Shown one piece after another: positions 25,654 through 32,000 of a stretch of 32,000 nucleotides of DNA. Numbering within the stretch: position 1 is the first letter of the stretch; every line of letters starts with the position of its first letter. The position numbers and the translations under genes are program-made. Below the pieces are notes generated by a model that made no database searches, was not told the DNA's origin, and saw nothing but the letters and a program-made list of their open reading frames with translations. Location of the stretch: NCBI RefSeq assembly GCF_000008665.1, contig NC_000917.1:630001-662000 (forward strand). Direction: 5' to 3'. The stretch comes from Archaeoglobus fulgidus DSM 4304 (GTDB lineage Archaea; Halobacteriota; Archaeoglobi; Archaeoglobales; Archaeoglobaceae).

Positions 25654-26141
25654 CGGGGAAGTTCACCAAGGAGGAGGTTATAGGAGTAGTTTTTTCCAAG
25701 CTAAGGCCCTCTCCCAATGATGTGTTTGCCGATATAGGATGCGGAAGTGGGGCGGTGACGGAGTTCTTTGCTCCCTACGTCAGGAAAGCTTATGCTATTG
25801 ATATAGAAATTTCAGATGAGGCCAGAGAGAGGTTGAAGAGGTTTGACAACGTGGTTCTGCTGGAGATGGACGGCAAGGAGTTTCTGAAAAAATACAGTCC
25901 TGATGTGGTGTTCATAGGGGGGACAAAGGGCGTTGAGGAGATGCTGGAAATCTGCAACGCCAGAAGGGTTGTGGTTAATGCAGCGAGGATTGAGGTGGCT
26001 TTAAGCGCCGCCAGAAAAATGAGGGAAAAGGGCATCTTCAGAGAAATTGTTTTAGTTAATGCGGCGAAAAGCTACGAGCTGGCTGGTGGTTTGGCTTTTC
26101 GCTCGCTAAATCCTGTTTTTGTTGTTTTTGGAGAGCGCTAA
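25650..26141 (+). CDS. cbiT: Cobalt-precorrin-6B C15-methyltransferase (decarboxylating)
   Basis: 163 aa. SAM motif VFADIGCGSGAVTEFFA...AYAIDI. ATGA coupled to cbiO. Confidence 0.8.
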   Translation: MTGKFTKEEVIGVVFSKLRPSPNDVFADIGCGSGAVTEFFAPYVRKAYAIDIEISDEARERLKRFDNVVLLEMDGKEFLKKYSPDVVFIGGTKGVEEMLEICNARRVVVNAARIEVALSAARKMREKGIFREIVLVNAAKSYELAGGLAFRSLNPVFVVFGER

Positions 26142-27028
26142 AAGTGGGAGTAACCTCTGAACTCCACCTCAAAGGTCTTCCCGTCAATCTCTGCAAAAAC
26201 GCCCTTGCCCCGCTCAACTCTGCCAATTCTGATGCCATCATCGCTGCTTTTTGCGGTGTAAACCAGCTCAAAATCACCTCCACCGTAAAGAAAGAGCTCC
26301 AGTGCATTCTCCGCTGGGCTGAGATGAGATAAAACTATGTTGTCGAGAACTATCTTCACGTTGCTGCTCTGGCTGATCTGATGGAGGCTGACGGCAAGGC
26401 TGTCGCTCACGTCGGTCATGGCCGAGGCGTATCTGGCAATTCTCATTCCCTCCTCAATCCTCGGCACGGGAGTGTAGAGCTTTTCCGCATAAGGCAGCTC
26501 CTCCCTCTTCGCCCCTCTTTCGAGCATTTCCAGGCAGAGCTGAGCTTTTCCCGGAAGGTCGGTTATGAAAACCCCCTCTCCCACCTTCGCCCCCCTCCTC
26601 GTTATGTGCCTTCTCGCTTCGCCGATGGCAAAACCGGCTATCGTCGTTATCTCGCTGAAATCGATATCCCCCCCGACAACCTTCACTCCGAATCTGTCCG
26701 CACACCTCTTGATTCCGAGCAGTATGTCCTCGAAGAACTCGATCGATTTGAGCGAGATTGAGCTGAGGAAGTAAAGAGGTCTTGCTCCGCAGGCAGCTAC
26801 GTCCGAGAGGGTGACAGCAATCGCCATCCACCCCATTTCTTCGGGAAGCATGTAAGGTGGAAAATCGCTTTTTTCGTTGACGGTATCACAGGTGAGGACG
26901 ATCAGCCTGTTTCCGATTTTGACGTAAGCAGCATCGTGCTTTCCTGCGGGAGTAATGACATCTTCATCCCCAAACAGGCGCTCAACCAACTTTATGAGCT
27001 CGAACTCTTTCATATTCGCATAGAACAC
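26138..27028 (-). CDS. thiL: Thiamine-monophosphate kinase (AIR-synthase-related fold)
   Basis: 296 aa. Motifs EFELIKLV, GKHDAAYV, LTCDTVNEKSDFP and AIAVTLSDVAACGARP. ATG at 27013 is an alternative start. Confidence 0.85.
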   Translation of the reverse strand: MFYANMKEFELIKLVERLFGDEDVITPAGKHDAAYVKIGNRLIVLTCDTVNEKSDFPPYMLPEEMGWMAIAVTLSDVAACGARPLYFLSSISLKSIEFFEDILLGIKRCADRFGVKVVGGDIDFSEITTIAGFAIGEARRHITRRGAKVGEGVFITDLPGKAQLCLEMLERGAKREELPYAEKLYTPVPRIEEGMRIARYASAMTDVSDSLAVSLHQISQSSNVKIVLDNIVLSHLSPAENALELFLYGGGDFELVYTAKSSDDGIRIGRVERGKGVFAEIDGKTFEVEFRGYSHF

Positions 27029-27641
27029 GACTCGTCACATAAAGGCTTGTGTAGCTTTCTGTACCAAGACTTACCTCCTTAAACTCCCCAAGCTCCCGAA
27101 GGGTTTCCTCGAAAAAGTCACCGTGCGGAAATGCGCCGATGCAGACCGCAACGTCACCGTCAAGCAGCTCGGAGAATTCAAAGCGCCCCCCCTTCTCTCT
27201 GAAAAGGAGAACGTCCCTCCCTCTGACGATGTCCCTCAGGCCGACATCTTTGAACTCGATGAGGGTAGTATCCCCAGCTGTTATCCTTCTCTCCTCAAAT
27301 AACTTCTCCATTAGCCCAACAAAGCGGTTGTAGTTCCTCGGAAGCCTTGTTTCGCGATTTACCCATATTATCTCCCCGTTGAGGGTGTGCACGTAAACTT
27401 CGAAATCCCTCAGAGGTGAGTCGAGGAGGAGAAGGAGGCACTGATGGACTATATCGGGCCTGCCCCTCTTTTCCCTGAATTCCAGGGATTTCATCGCCGT
27501 ATGGTGCTTCGAGTCGTCCAGAAGGATTTTCTCTGGTCTCTTCCCCCTTCTTATTGCATCTGCCCTCACCGCAGGATGACCCCGAATTTTTTGGGGGATT
27601 AGTTCGAGCGATGCCTCAAGAAACACGAATGCACTTCCCAC
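26982..27641 (-). CDS. nep1: Nep1/Emg1 SPOUT rRNA (pseudouridine-N1) methyltransferase
   Basis: 219 aa. Motifs FVFLEASLELIP, RGKRPEKILLDDSKHH, RGRPDIVHQCLLLLLDSPL and RLPRNYNRFVGLMEKL. Confidence 0.85.
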   Translation of the reverse strand: MGSAFVFLEASLELIPQKIRGHPAVRADAIRRGKRPEKILLDDSKHHTAMKSLEFREKRGRPDIVHQCLLLLLDSPLRDFEVYVHTLNGEIIWVNRETRLPRNYNRFVGLMEKLFEERRITAGDTTLIEFKDVGLRDIVRGRDVLLFREKGGRFEFSELLDGDVAVCIGAFPHGDFFEETLRELGEFKEVSLGTESYTSLYVTSRVLCEYERVRAHKVG

Positions 27642-27691
27642 AGAGGAAATGGAGCAAAAAAGTTTAAGTTCTTTTCTCCGAAACTCTTTTT

Positions 27692-29065
27692 GTGAATGAA
27701 CTCCTGAAGAGAGCCGCCGAGCTGGCAGGCAGGATTTTGAAGAACGAAGAGGTCTTAGTGGTGACCCACATCGATGCTGATGGCATAACCGCAGGAACCA
27801 TCGCTCACACCTCTCTGCTGAGGGCCGGTGTTGAGAGCGGGATTAGGTTCGTAAAGCAGCTCGATGAGAGCGAGATTGAGGCGATAAAAGACGAGAACAC
27901 CTTTGTCTGGTTCACGGACATAGGCAGCGGGGTTCTCAACATGCTTGACGGGATAGAGTTTGCAATTACCGACCACCACCTCCCGCAAAGTCATCATCCA
28001 ATGCAGCTGAACCCGCACGATTTCGGCTACGATGGTGCTTTTGAGCTCAGCGGTGCGACAACAACCTATCTTGTCTCAAAATACCTGCGAAACGGAAGGA
28101 CTCTGTTTGACTACGAAAACGACAACTCCGACCTTCTACCAATCTCAATCGTCGGAGCAGTGGGGGATTTGCAGGACTCAAGGTGGGGCATGCTGAAGGG
28201 TCTGAACAGGGAGATAGTCATGGAGGGGTTGAGGAAGAAACAGATTGCCGTTTTAAGAGACCTGAGATTCTTCGGCAAGCAGACGAGGCCCGTTGCGAAG
28301 ATGCTCGAGTACAACTCCGACCCCTTCATTCCCGGAATTACCGCCAACGAGTCGGGGGTTCTTAACCTCCTGGAGAGCCTTGGAGTCGATCCGTGGGTGA
28401 GGTGGATAGACCTTGAGATTGAAAAGAAAAGGAGGGTCGTTTCCGCCCTAGTCAGCCTTGCCATGGACTTCGGCATTCCATACACGAGCATTCTGAGGAT
28501 GGTCGGGGAGTGCTACATCCTCGTGAACGAGGAGGAGGGGACGGAAAAGAGGGATGCGATGGAGTTCTCCACACTCCTTAACGCAACTGCCCGCTACAAT
28601 GAGGCCGAGGTTGGAATGGGTGTTTGTCTGGGTGATGAGAGGGCGTATAGAAGGGCGAGGACACTCTTGCAGAACCACAGAAAGAACCTTTCGGACGGAA
28701 TTAGGTTTGTCGACAGGGAGGGAATAGAGGAGCTTGAGAACATCCAGTACTTCCACGCGGGGAGCAACATTCCCGATACTATCGTGGGAATCGTTGCAGG
28801 GATGTGCTTCTACAAGGGAAACAGGGAGAAGCCAATAATAGCCTTTGCTGAGAGCGACAAGGGTGTTAAGGTGTCTGCCAGAGCAACCTACAGGCTCGTT
28901 GAAAGGGGAGTGCATCTTGCCAAAGCCCTCAAGAGGGCTGCCGAGGCGGTTGGTGGAGTTGGAGGCGGGCACAGCGTTGCAGCGGGAGCAACAATTCCTG
29001 AGGGAAGGGAGGACGAGTTTTTGAAGCTCCTCGACAGAATAATAGGGGAGCAGCTGAGGGGGTAA
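27692..29065 (+). CDS. DHH/DHHA1 phosphoesterase, archaeal RecJ/Cdc45(GAN)-like nuclease, paralog 2
   Basis: 457 aa with a GTG start. Motifs THIDADGITAGTIA, FTDIGSG, AITDHH, VGAVGD and GGGHSVAAGA. Confidence 0.85.
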   Translation: MNELLKRAAELAGRILKNEEVLVVTHIDADGITAGTIAHTSLLRAGVESGIRFVKQLDESEIEAIKDENTFVWFTDIGSGVLNMLDGIEFAITDHHLPQSHHPMQLNPHDFGYDGAFELSGATTTYLVSKYLRNGRTLFDYENDNSDLLPISIVGAVGDLQDSRWGMLKGLNREIVMEGLRKKQIAVLRDLRFFGKQTRPVAKMLEYNSDPFIPGITANESGVLNLLESLGVDPWVRWIDLEIEKKRRVVSALVSLAMDFGIPYTSILRMVGECYILVNEEEGTEKRDAMEFSTLLNATARYNEAEVGMGVCLGDERAYRRARTLLQNHRKNLSDGIRFVDREGIEELENIQYFHAGSNIPDTIVGIVAGMCFYKGNREKPIIAFAESDKGVKVSARATYRLVERGVHLAKALKRAAEAVGGVGGGHSVAAGATIPEGREDEFLKLLDRIIGEQLRG

Positions 29066-29095
29066 TGTCTTTAAGTGTGAGAGAAAACTGAATCT

Positions 29096-29416
29096 ATGGA
29101 GGTAATAAACGAGAACATTAGGGCGGCCATGTGCTACACCCTCGGCTTCGTAACAGGAGTTCTCTTCCTGCTGTTCGACAGAAGCCCCTTCGTGAGGTTC
29201 CACGCGGTCCAGTCCACCCTAACATTCTCAACAATAACGGCTCTGGTCATTTTGCTTCCAGTTCTGCCCGGCGGTGCGTTGCTCTCCAGAGTGGTGATGG
29301 CCTTCAGCATAATTCTCTGGGCTTTCTGCATCGTCAAGGCAAGCAGAGGAGAGGCATTTAAGCTGCCGATTTTCGGAGACATTGCAGAGGAGCAGTTGAG
29401 CCTCAACTATACCTGA
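29096..29416 (+). CDS. DUF4870-like small membrane protein
   Basis: 106 aa with 3 hydrophobic segments. The motif AAMCYTLGFVTGVLFLLFDRSPFVRFHAVQS is typical of this family. Confidence 0.6.
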   Translation: MEVINENIRAAMCYTLGFVTGVLFLLFDRSPFVRFHAVQSTLTFSTITALVILLPVLPGGALLSRVVMAFSIILWAFCIVKASRGEAFKLPIFGDIAEEQLSLNYT

Positions 29417-29464
29417 CTCACAGAACTGAAACAAAAACTATTTCTACCTCCTTTTACACTATAT

Positions 29465-29638
29465 ATGATTGGTGATCAGATGAGGCGGTTCAACTGGCGC
29501 AAGTTCAGAAGAAAGGGCATGAGAAAGCTTTTTAGCAAGGATGAAAAGCTCCTTGAGAGCAATGTCTCCGAAATAAAGACCGCGACCAGTGGTGGAAGCA
29601 TAAAGGAGATCTCCAAAGAGGTCCTGCCTGAAGAATGA
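29465..29638 (+). CDS. Small basic protein (57 aa, below the ORF-track cutoff), translationally coupled to the downstream ubiquitin-like gene
   Basis: My own translation is MIGDQMRRFNWRKFRRKGMRKLFSKDEKLLESNVSEIKTATSGGSIKEISKEVLPEE. Its TGA overlaps the next ATG (ATGA at 29635-29638). The true start may be the internal ATG at 29480 or 29519. Confidence 0.3.
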   Translation: MIGDQMRRFNWRKFRRKGMRKLFSKDEKLLESNVSEIKTATSGGSIKEISKEVLPEE

Positions 29639-29838
29639 AGCTGAAGATTAAGTTTGTCGGTTTTGACCAGAAGGAAGTTGAAGTTGAAGTTAACGGGCAG
29701 AGGTACTCGGAAATCCTTGAGTCTCTCGGCATCAACCCCGAAACAGTTGTTGTAGTCAAGGACAACATCCCTGTACCGGTGGACGACGTGGCAGAAGGAG
29801 GGGAAGTAAAGGTCGTGAGAGTTATTTCGGGTGGCTAG
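29635..29838 (+). CDS. ThiS/MoaD-family beta-grasp protein ending in Gly-Gly (SAMP-like ubiquitin-fold sulfur carrier or modifier)
   Basis: 67 aa: MKLKIKFVGFDQKEVEVEVNGQRYSEILESLGINPETVVVVKDNIPVPVDDVAEGGEVKVVRVISGG followed by the stop. Confidence 0.7.
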   Translation: MKLKIKFVGFDQKEVEVEVNGQRYSEILESLGINPETVVVVKDNIPVPVDDVAEGGEVKVVRVISGG

Positions 29839-29975
29839 ATTTAAATATTTTTTCTAAATTAAAATTTTCCCGGCAAAATGTAAAGAATAAAACGTTATAA
29901 AAGTATTTAAACCAAAATACAGCAGAAAAACTTATAAATGATGTTGAATACTCGCTTCTGAGGGAGTGATGTCCC

Positions 29976-30257
29976 ATGCACAAGGAAGAAATAATATTGC
30001 TGCACCTGACCCTCTACAACATTAAAAAGCTTTTCGAAAATGCCGGCATCGCCAACGGCCACTTCAAGGCCTATGATGAGCTGGGCGTTCAGCCCGTGCA
30101 CATTCACAAAAGCAAAACCGAGCACAAAAAGGCTATTTCCCTGCTTTGTAAGGGGATTTCGGAGATTTTTAGGGAGCGCAGCCCTGAGGACCTGATAGAA
30201 AGCGAGAATTTGAAGTTCGTAATCGAATCTATTGCACCTGAGCTGTGCGAGCCATGA
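29976..30257 (+). CDS. UPF0058-family small protein
   Basis: 93 aa: MHKEEIILLHLTLYNIKKLFENAG...VHIHKSKTEHKKAI. GGGAGTGAT lies upstream of the ATG. The competing minus-strand ORF 29907..30317 is rejected. Confidence 0.55.
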   Translation: MHKEEIILLHLTLYNIKKLFENAGIANGHFKAYDELGVQPVHIHKSKTEHKKAISLLCKGISEIFRERSPEDLIESENLKFVIESIAPELCEP

Positions 30258-30717
30258 GATAAGCGTCCTCTCCGTCACTGTAGTAGCCACTGATAACATC
30301 GATAATTTCGAATCCAAATTTTTTATACAATTTTTGAGCCTGAACGTTTGAGACCCTAACTTCCAGGGTTATCTTCCTCTTTCCCCTCCCCTCAAGCCTT
30401 TTAATCGCTTCCGAGAGAAGCATCTTTCCTATACCCATCCCCCTGAACTCTTTCCTCACAGCAAAAGCTATTATCTTGCCTGTAAACTCGTCAACATCCA
30501 TCGTAACGATGTAACCGGCTATTTTCGACCCTATGTCCGCAACAAGCAGGTCGGTGCCGTAGGTTATGTAAACGTAAACGTCATAAGCAGGATTGCGCGG
30601 AGAGAAGGCTTCCTTATCTATTTCGAGAACTTCCTTAAAGTCCTTGTGCGTGTAGTCCCTGATTATCACCGTCTGCACAAAACTTAATTGCCCCTCTGAG
30701 ATATAAAAATTGTTCAT
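30229..30717 (-). CDS. rimI: GNAT N-acetyltransferase (RimI / archaeal Ard1-like)
   Basis: Acetyl-CoA motif AVRKEFRGMGIGKMLLSEAI, and LEVRVSNVQAQKLYKKFGF. A GTG at 30678 (giving MQTVIIRDY...) is an alternative and perhaps better start. A TATA-like box at 30701-30709 lies about 27 nt upstream of it. Confidence 0.8.
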   Translation of the reverse strand: MNNFYISEGQLSFVQTVIIRDYTHKDFKEVLEIDKEAFSPRNPAYDVYVYITYGTDLLVADIGSKIAGYIVTMDVDEFTGKIIAFAVRKEFRGMGIGKMLLSEAIKRLEGRGKRKITLEVRVSNVQAQKLYKKFGFEIIDVISGYYSDGEDAYLMARTAQVQ

Positions 30718-31102
30718 GCTGCAAATTGCCGACTACATAGCAGAAAACTACAGAGGTAAGGTCGTGGAGGTGGGAATAGGGAGATTTACTGCGGTAGCCG
30801 AGCTTCTGGCGAGGAGGGGCTTTGAGGTTTTCGCAACGGATGTTGTTGAGCGGAGAGCTCCTGAGGGTTGCAGATTTTACGTTGACGACGTGACAAAGCC
30901 CAACCTCAAAATATATGAAGGGGCCTCTCTCATCTACTCCCTCCGCCCACCACCGGAGCTTTTTTCCGCAATAGTCGAGGTTTCGCGGAAAGTTGGTGCG
31001 GACTGCCTCATCAAGCCCCTCTACGGGGACTACATGGAGGCGAGAATTGTAAACTATAAAGGTGCGCAGTTTTACCTCATAAGGAGGGAGAATTATGATT
31101 AA
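30716..31102 (+). CDS. UPF0146-family protein (Rossmann/methyltransferase-like fold)
   Basis: MLQIADYIAENYRGKVVEVGIGRFTAVAELLARRGFEVFATDV...IYSLRPPPEL. ATG at 30716 is preferred over the tracked TTG at 30710. Confidence 0.6.
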   Translation: MLQIADYIAENYRGKVVEVGIGRFTAVAELLARRGFEVFATDVVERRAPEGCRFYVDDVTKPNLKIYEGASLIYSLRPPPELFSAIVEVSRKVGADCLIKPLYGDYMEARIVNYKGAQFYLIRRENYD

Positions 31103-31508
31103 GGAAATAGAGGTTGAGCTGGACGGTTTCGGGGACATGGCCGACATAACCCCTGAGGTTGAGAAATTCGTCAAGGAGAGCAGCGTGGAGAGTGGCGCGG
31201 TTCTCGTCTTCAGCGTTGGAAGCACAGGGGCCGTGACAACCATCGAATACGAGCCGGGCTTGAAAAAAGACCTTCCGAGGATTATGGAGAAGATTGCCCC
31301 CTATGGGGACAGCTACGAGCATCACAAGACGTGGGGGGATGACAACGGTTCGGGGCACGTTAAGGCGAGCATAATAGGCCCATCCGTCCTAATTCCCTTC
31401 CACAACTCAAAACCGATTCTGGGGACATGGCAGCAGGTTGTGATTATCAACTTCGATACCAGAAGAAGGAGAAGAAGGGTAATCCTGCAGATTCTGCGCT
31501 CATGCTGA
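31095..31508 (+). CDS. YjbQ/UPF0047 family protein (secondary thiamine-phosphate synthase-like)
   Basis: 137 aa. Motifs TGAVTTIEYEPGL, HHKTWGDDNGSGHVKASIIGPS and GTWQQVVIINFD. Confidence 0.8.
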   Translation: MIKEIEVELDGFGDMADITPEVEKFVKESSVESGAVLVFSVGSTGAVTTIEYEPGLKKDLPRIMEKIAPYGDSYEHHKTWGDDNGSGHVKASIIGPSVLIPFHNSKPILGTWQQVVIINFDTRRRRRRVILQILRSC

Positions 31509-32000
31509 CAAAGCTTTTCCTTAAAAAGAAGTTCGAGGAGTATTACTCGAAAAATGAGGTTGAACTTCCGAGGAAGTTCAAAAACAGAGAGTTCGCCTTC
31601 GTCCCGCTGGAATTGCTTCCCGATTTTGTGATGCACCGGCACATATCCTTCAGGTCGGAGACTGACTTCAGAGCCTACATACTGTCCAACGTTCCAGCCC
31701 ACATCTACTTCTCCTCCGCATACTACGAGAGACCCGCTGAGGACAAAATGGAGAACAAGGGCTGGCTCGGTGCGGACCTAATCTTCGACATTGATGCGGA
31801 CCACCTGCCGGTAAAAGCGCAATCCTTCGAAAAGGCTCTTGAGATGGCGAAGAGGGAGATTAAAAAGCTTACAGCCGTCCTTCGTGCGGATTTCGGAATA
31901 AGAGATATGAAGATTTACTTCTCAGGCGGGAGGGGGTATCACGTTCACGTCCACGACGAGGAGTTCCTCTCTCTGGGAAGCGCGGAGAGGAGGGAGATAG
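31502..32000 (+). CDS. priS: DNA primase small (catalytic) subunit PriS, 5' part; continues beyond the window
   Basis: My own translation is MLTKLFLKKKFEEYYSKNEVELP...AHIYFSSAYYERP...GADLIFDIDADHLP...IYFSGGRGYHVHV. These are the AEP primase motifs I-III. There is no stop before base 32000. Confidence 0.85.
   Translation, partial: MLTKLFLKKKFEEYYSKNEVELPRKFKNREFAFVPLELLPDFVMHRHISFRSETDFRAYILSNVPAHIYFSSAYYERPAEDKMENKGWLGADLIFDIDADHLPVKAQSFEKALEMAKREIKKLTAVLRADFGIRDMKIYFSGGRGYHVHVHDEEFLSLGSAERREI

Noticed and set aside
28448-29203. 251-aa minus-strand ORF
   Set aside because: It is antisense to the RecJ-like paralog 2, which has all the DHH/DHHA1 motifs. There are no recognisable motifs on the antisense frame.
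29674-29691. Tandem GAAGTT x3 repeat
   Set aside because: It lies in-frame within the ThiS-like gene and simply encodes EVEVEV in a beta-strand. It is too short to be a repeat element.
29938-29972. C/D-box sRNA-like elements: ATGATGT, then CTGA after 13 nt, then TGATGT
   Set aside because: No terminal D box (CTGA) lies about 12 nt after the second C-like box; the nearest is more than 30 nt away. No terminal stem was found. The C'-like element coincides with the Shine-Dalgarno/start region of the UPF0058 gene. The resemblance is probably fortuitous.
30635-31243. 202-aa minus-strand ORF
   Set aside because: It is antisense to the UPF0146 and YjbQ genes, both of which carry family-typical motifs. 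Its composition looks like a shadow frame.
31461-31478. Purine-only run AGAAGAAGGAGAAGAAGG encoding six consecutive Arg residues in yjbQ, a possible slippery site or low-complexity insertion
   Set aside because: The reading frame stays intact through to a family-typical C-terminus. There is no alternative-frame ORF downstream to suggest recoding.
1-32000. Search for CRISPR arrays, IS elements or integrases, tRNA/rRNA genes and defence islands
   Set aside because: None of the following were seen by eye: regularly spaced direct repeats, transposase/integrase/Cas-like ORFs, tRNA-like T-arm (GGTTCGAATCC-type) sequences, or rRNA-like stretches. The window appears to be core chromosome.

Overview
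The window is a gene-dense (about 90% coding), compact archaeal chromosome segment. Many neighbouring genes have 4-nt ATGA start/stop overlaps, and several have TATA-like boxes about 25-30 nt upstream of the start codon, suggesting leaderless transcripts. The gene content includes F420-dependent methylene-H4MPT dehydrogenase, small CbiX, Nep1, PriS, archaeal-type Thi4 and PEP synthase. This content and the protein sequences look like Archaeoglobus (A. fulgidus-like), but that is my recognition and was not checked by any search.

The main blocks, in order, are:
- RecJ-like DHH nuclease and Pcc1
- aspartate kinase
- an unknown 270-aa gene coupled to thi4
- a Trm5/Taw2-type methyltransferase
- a secreted Lon-type protease with a PGF-CTERM-like anchor
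- a DUF92 membrane protein, divergent from an operon of a degenerate UPPS-like protein, a PUA protein and a bactofilin-like protein
- ppsA
- a membrane thioredoxin plus VKOR-like pair
- a HisA/HisF-like gene divergent from mtd
- a frame-disrupted K+ channel plus a TrkA-like RCK protein
- a frame-disrupted MBL (DHPS-like) gene
- an anaerobic cobalamin cluster on the minus strand (cbiL-F-G-HC-D-E-X plus a Dph6-like PP-loop ATPase), divergent from cbiMNQO-cbiT
- thiL and nep1
- a second RecJ-like paralog
- a DUF4870 membrane protein
- an unannotated small ORF coupled to a ThiS/MoaD/SAMP-like GG-terminal protein
- UPF0058, a GNAT acetyltransferase, UPF0146, YjbQ, and the 5' part of priS

I found no rRNA, tRNA, CRISPR array, transposase or integrase, and no recognisable defence system.

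The observations most worth follow-up are:
- the catalytically degenerate cis-prenyltransferase homolog and its neighbours
- the separately encoded Trx/VKOR pair
- the two adjacent frame-disrupted genes
- the small ORF plus SAMP pair
- the PP-loop ATPase fused into the cbi operon

All family calls come from motif recognition by eye. None was verified by a database search.
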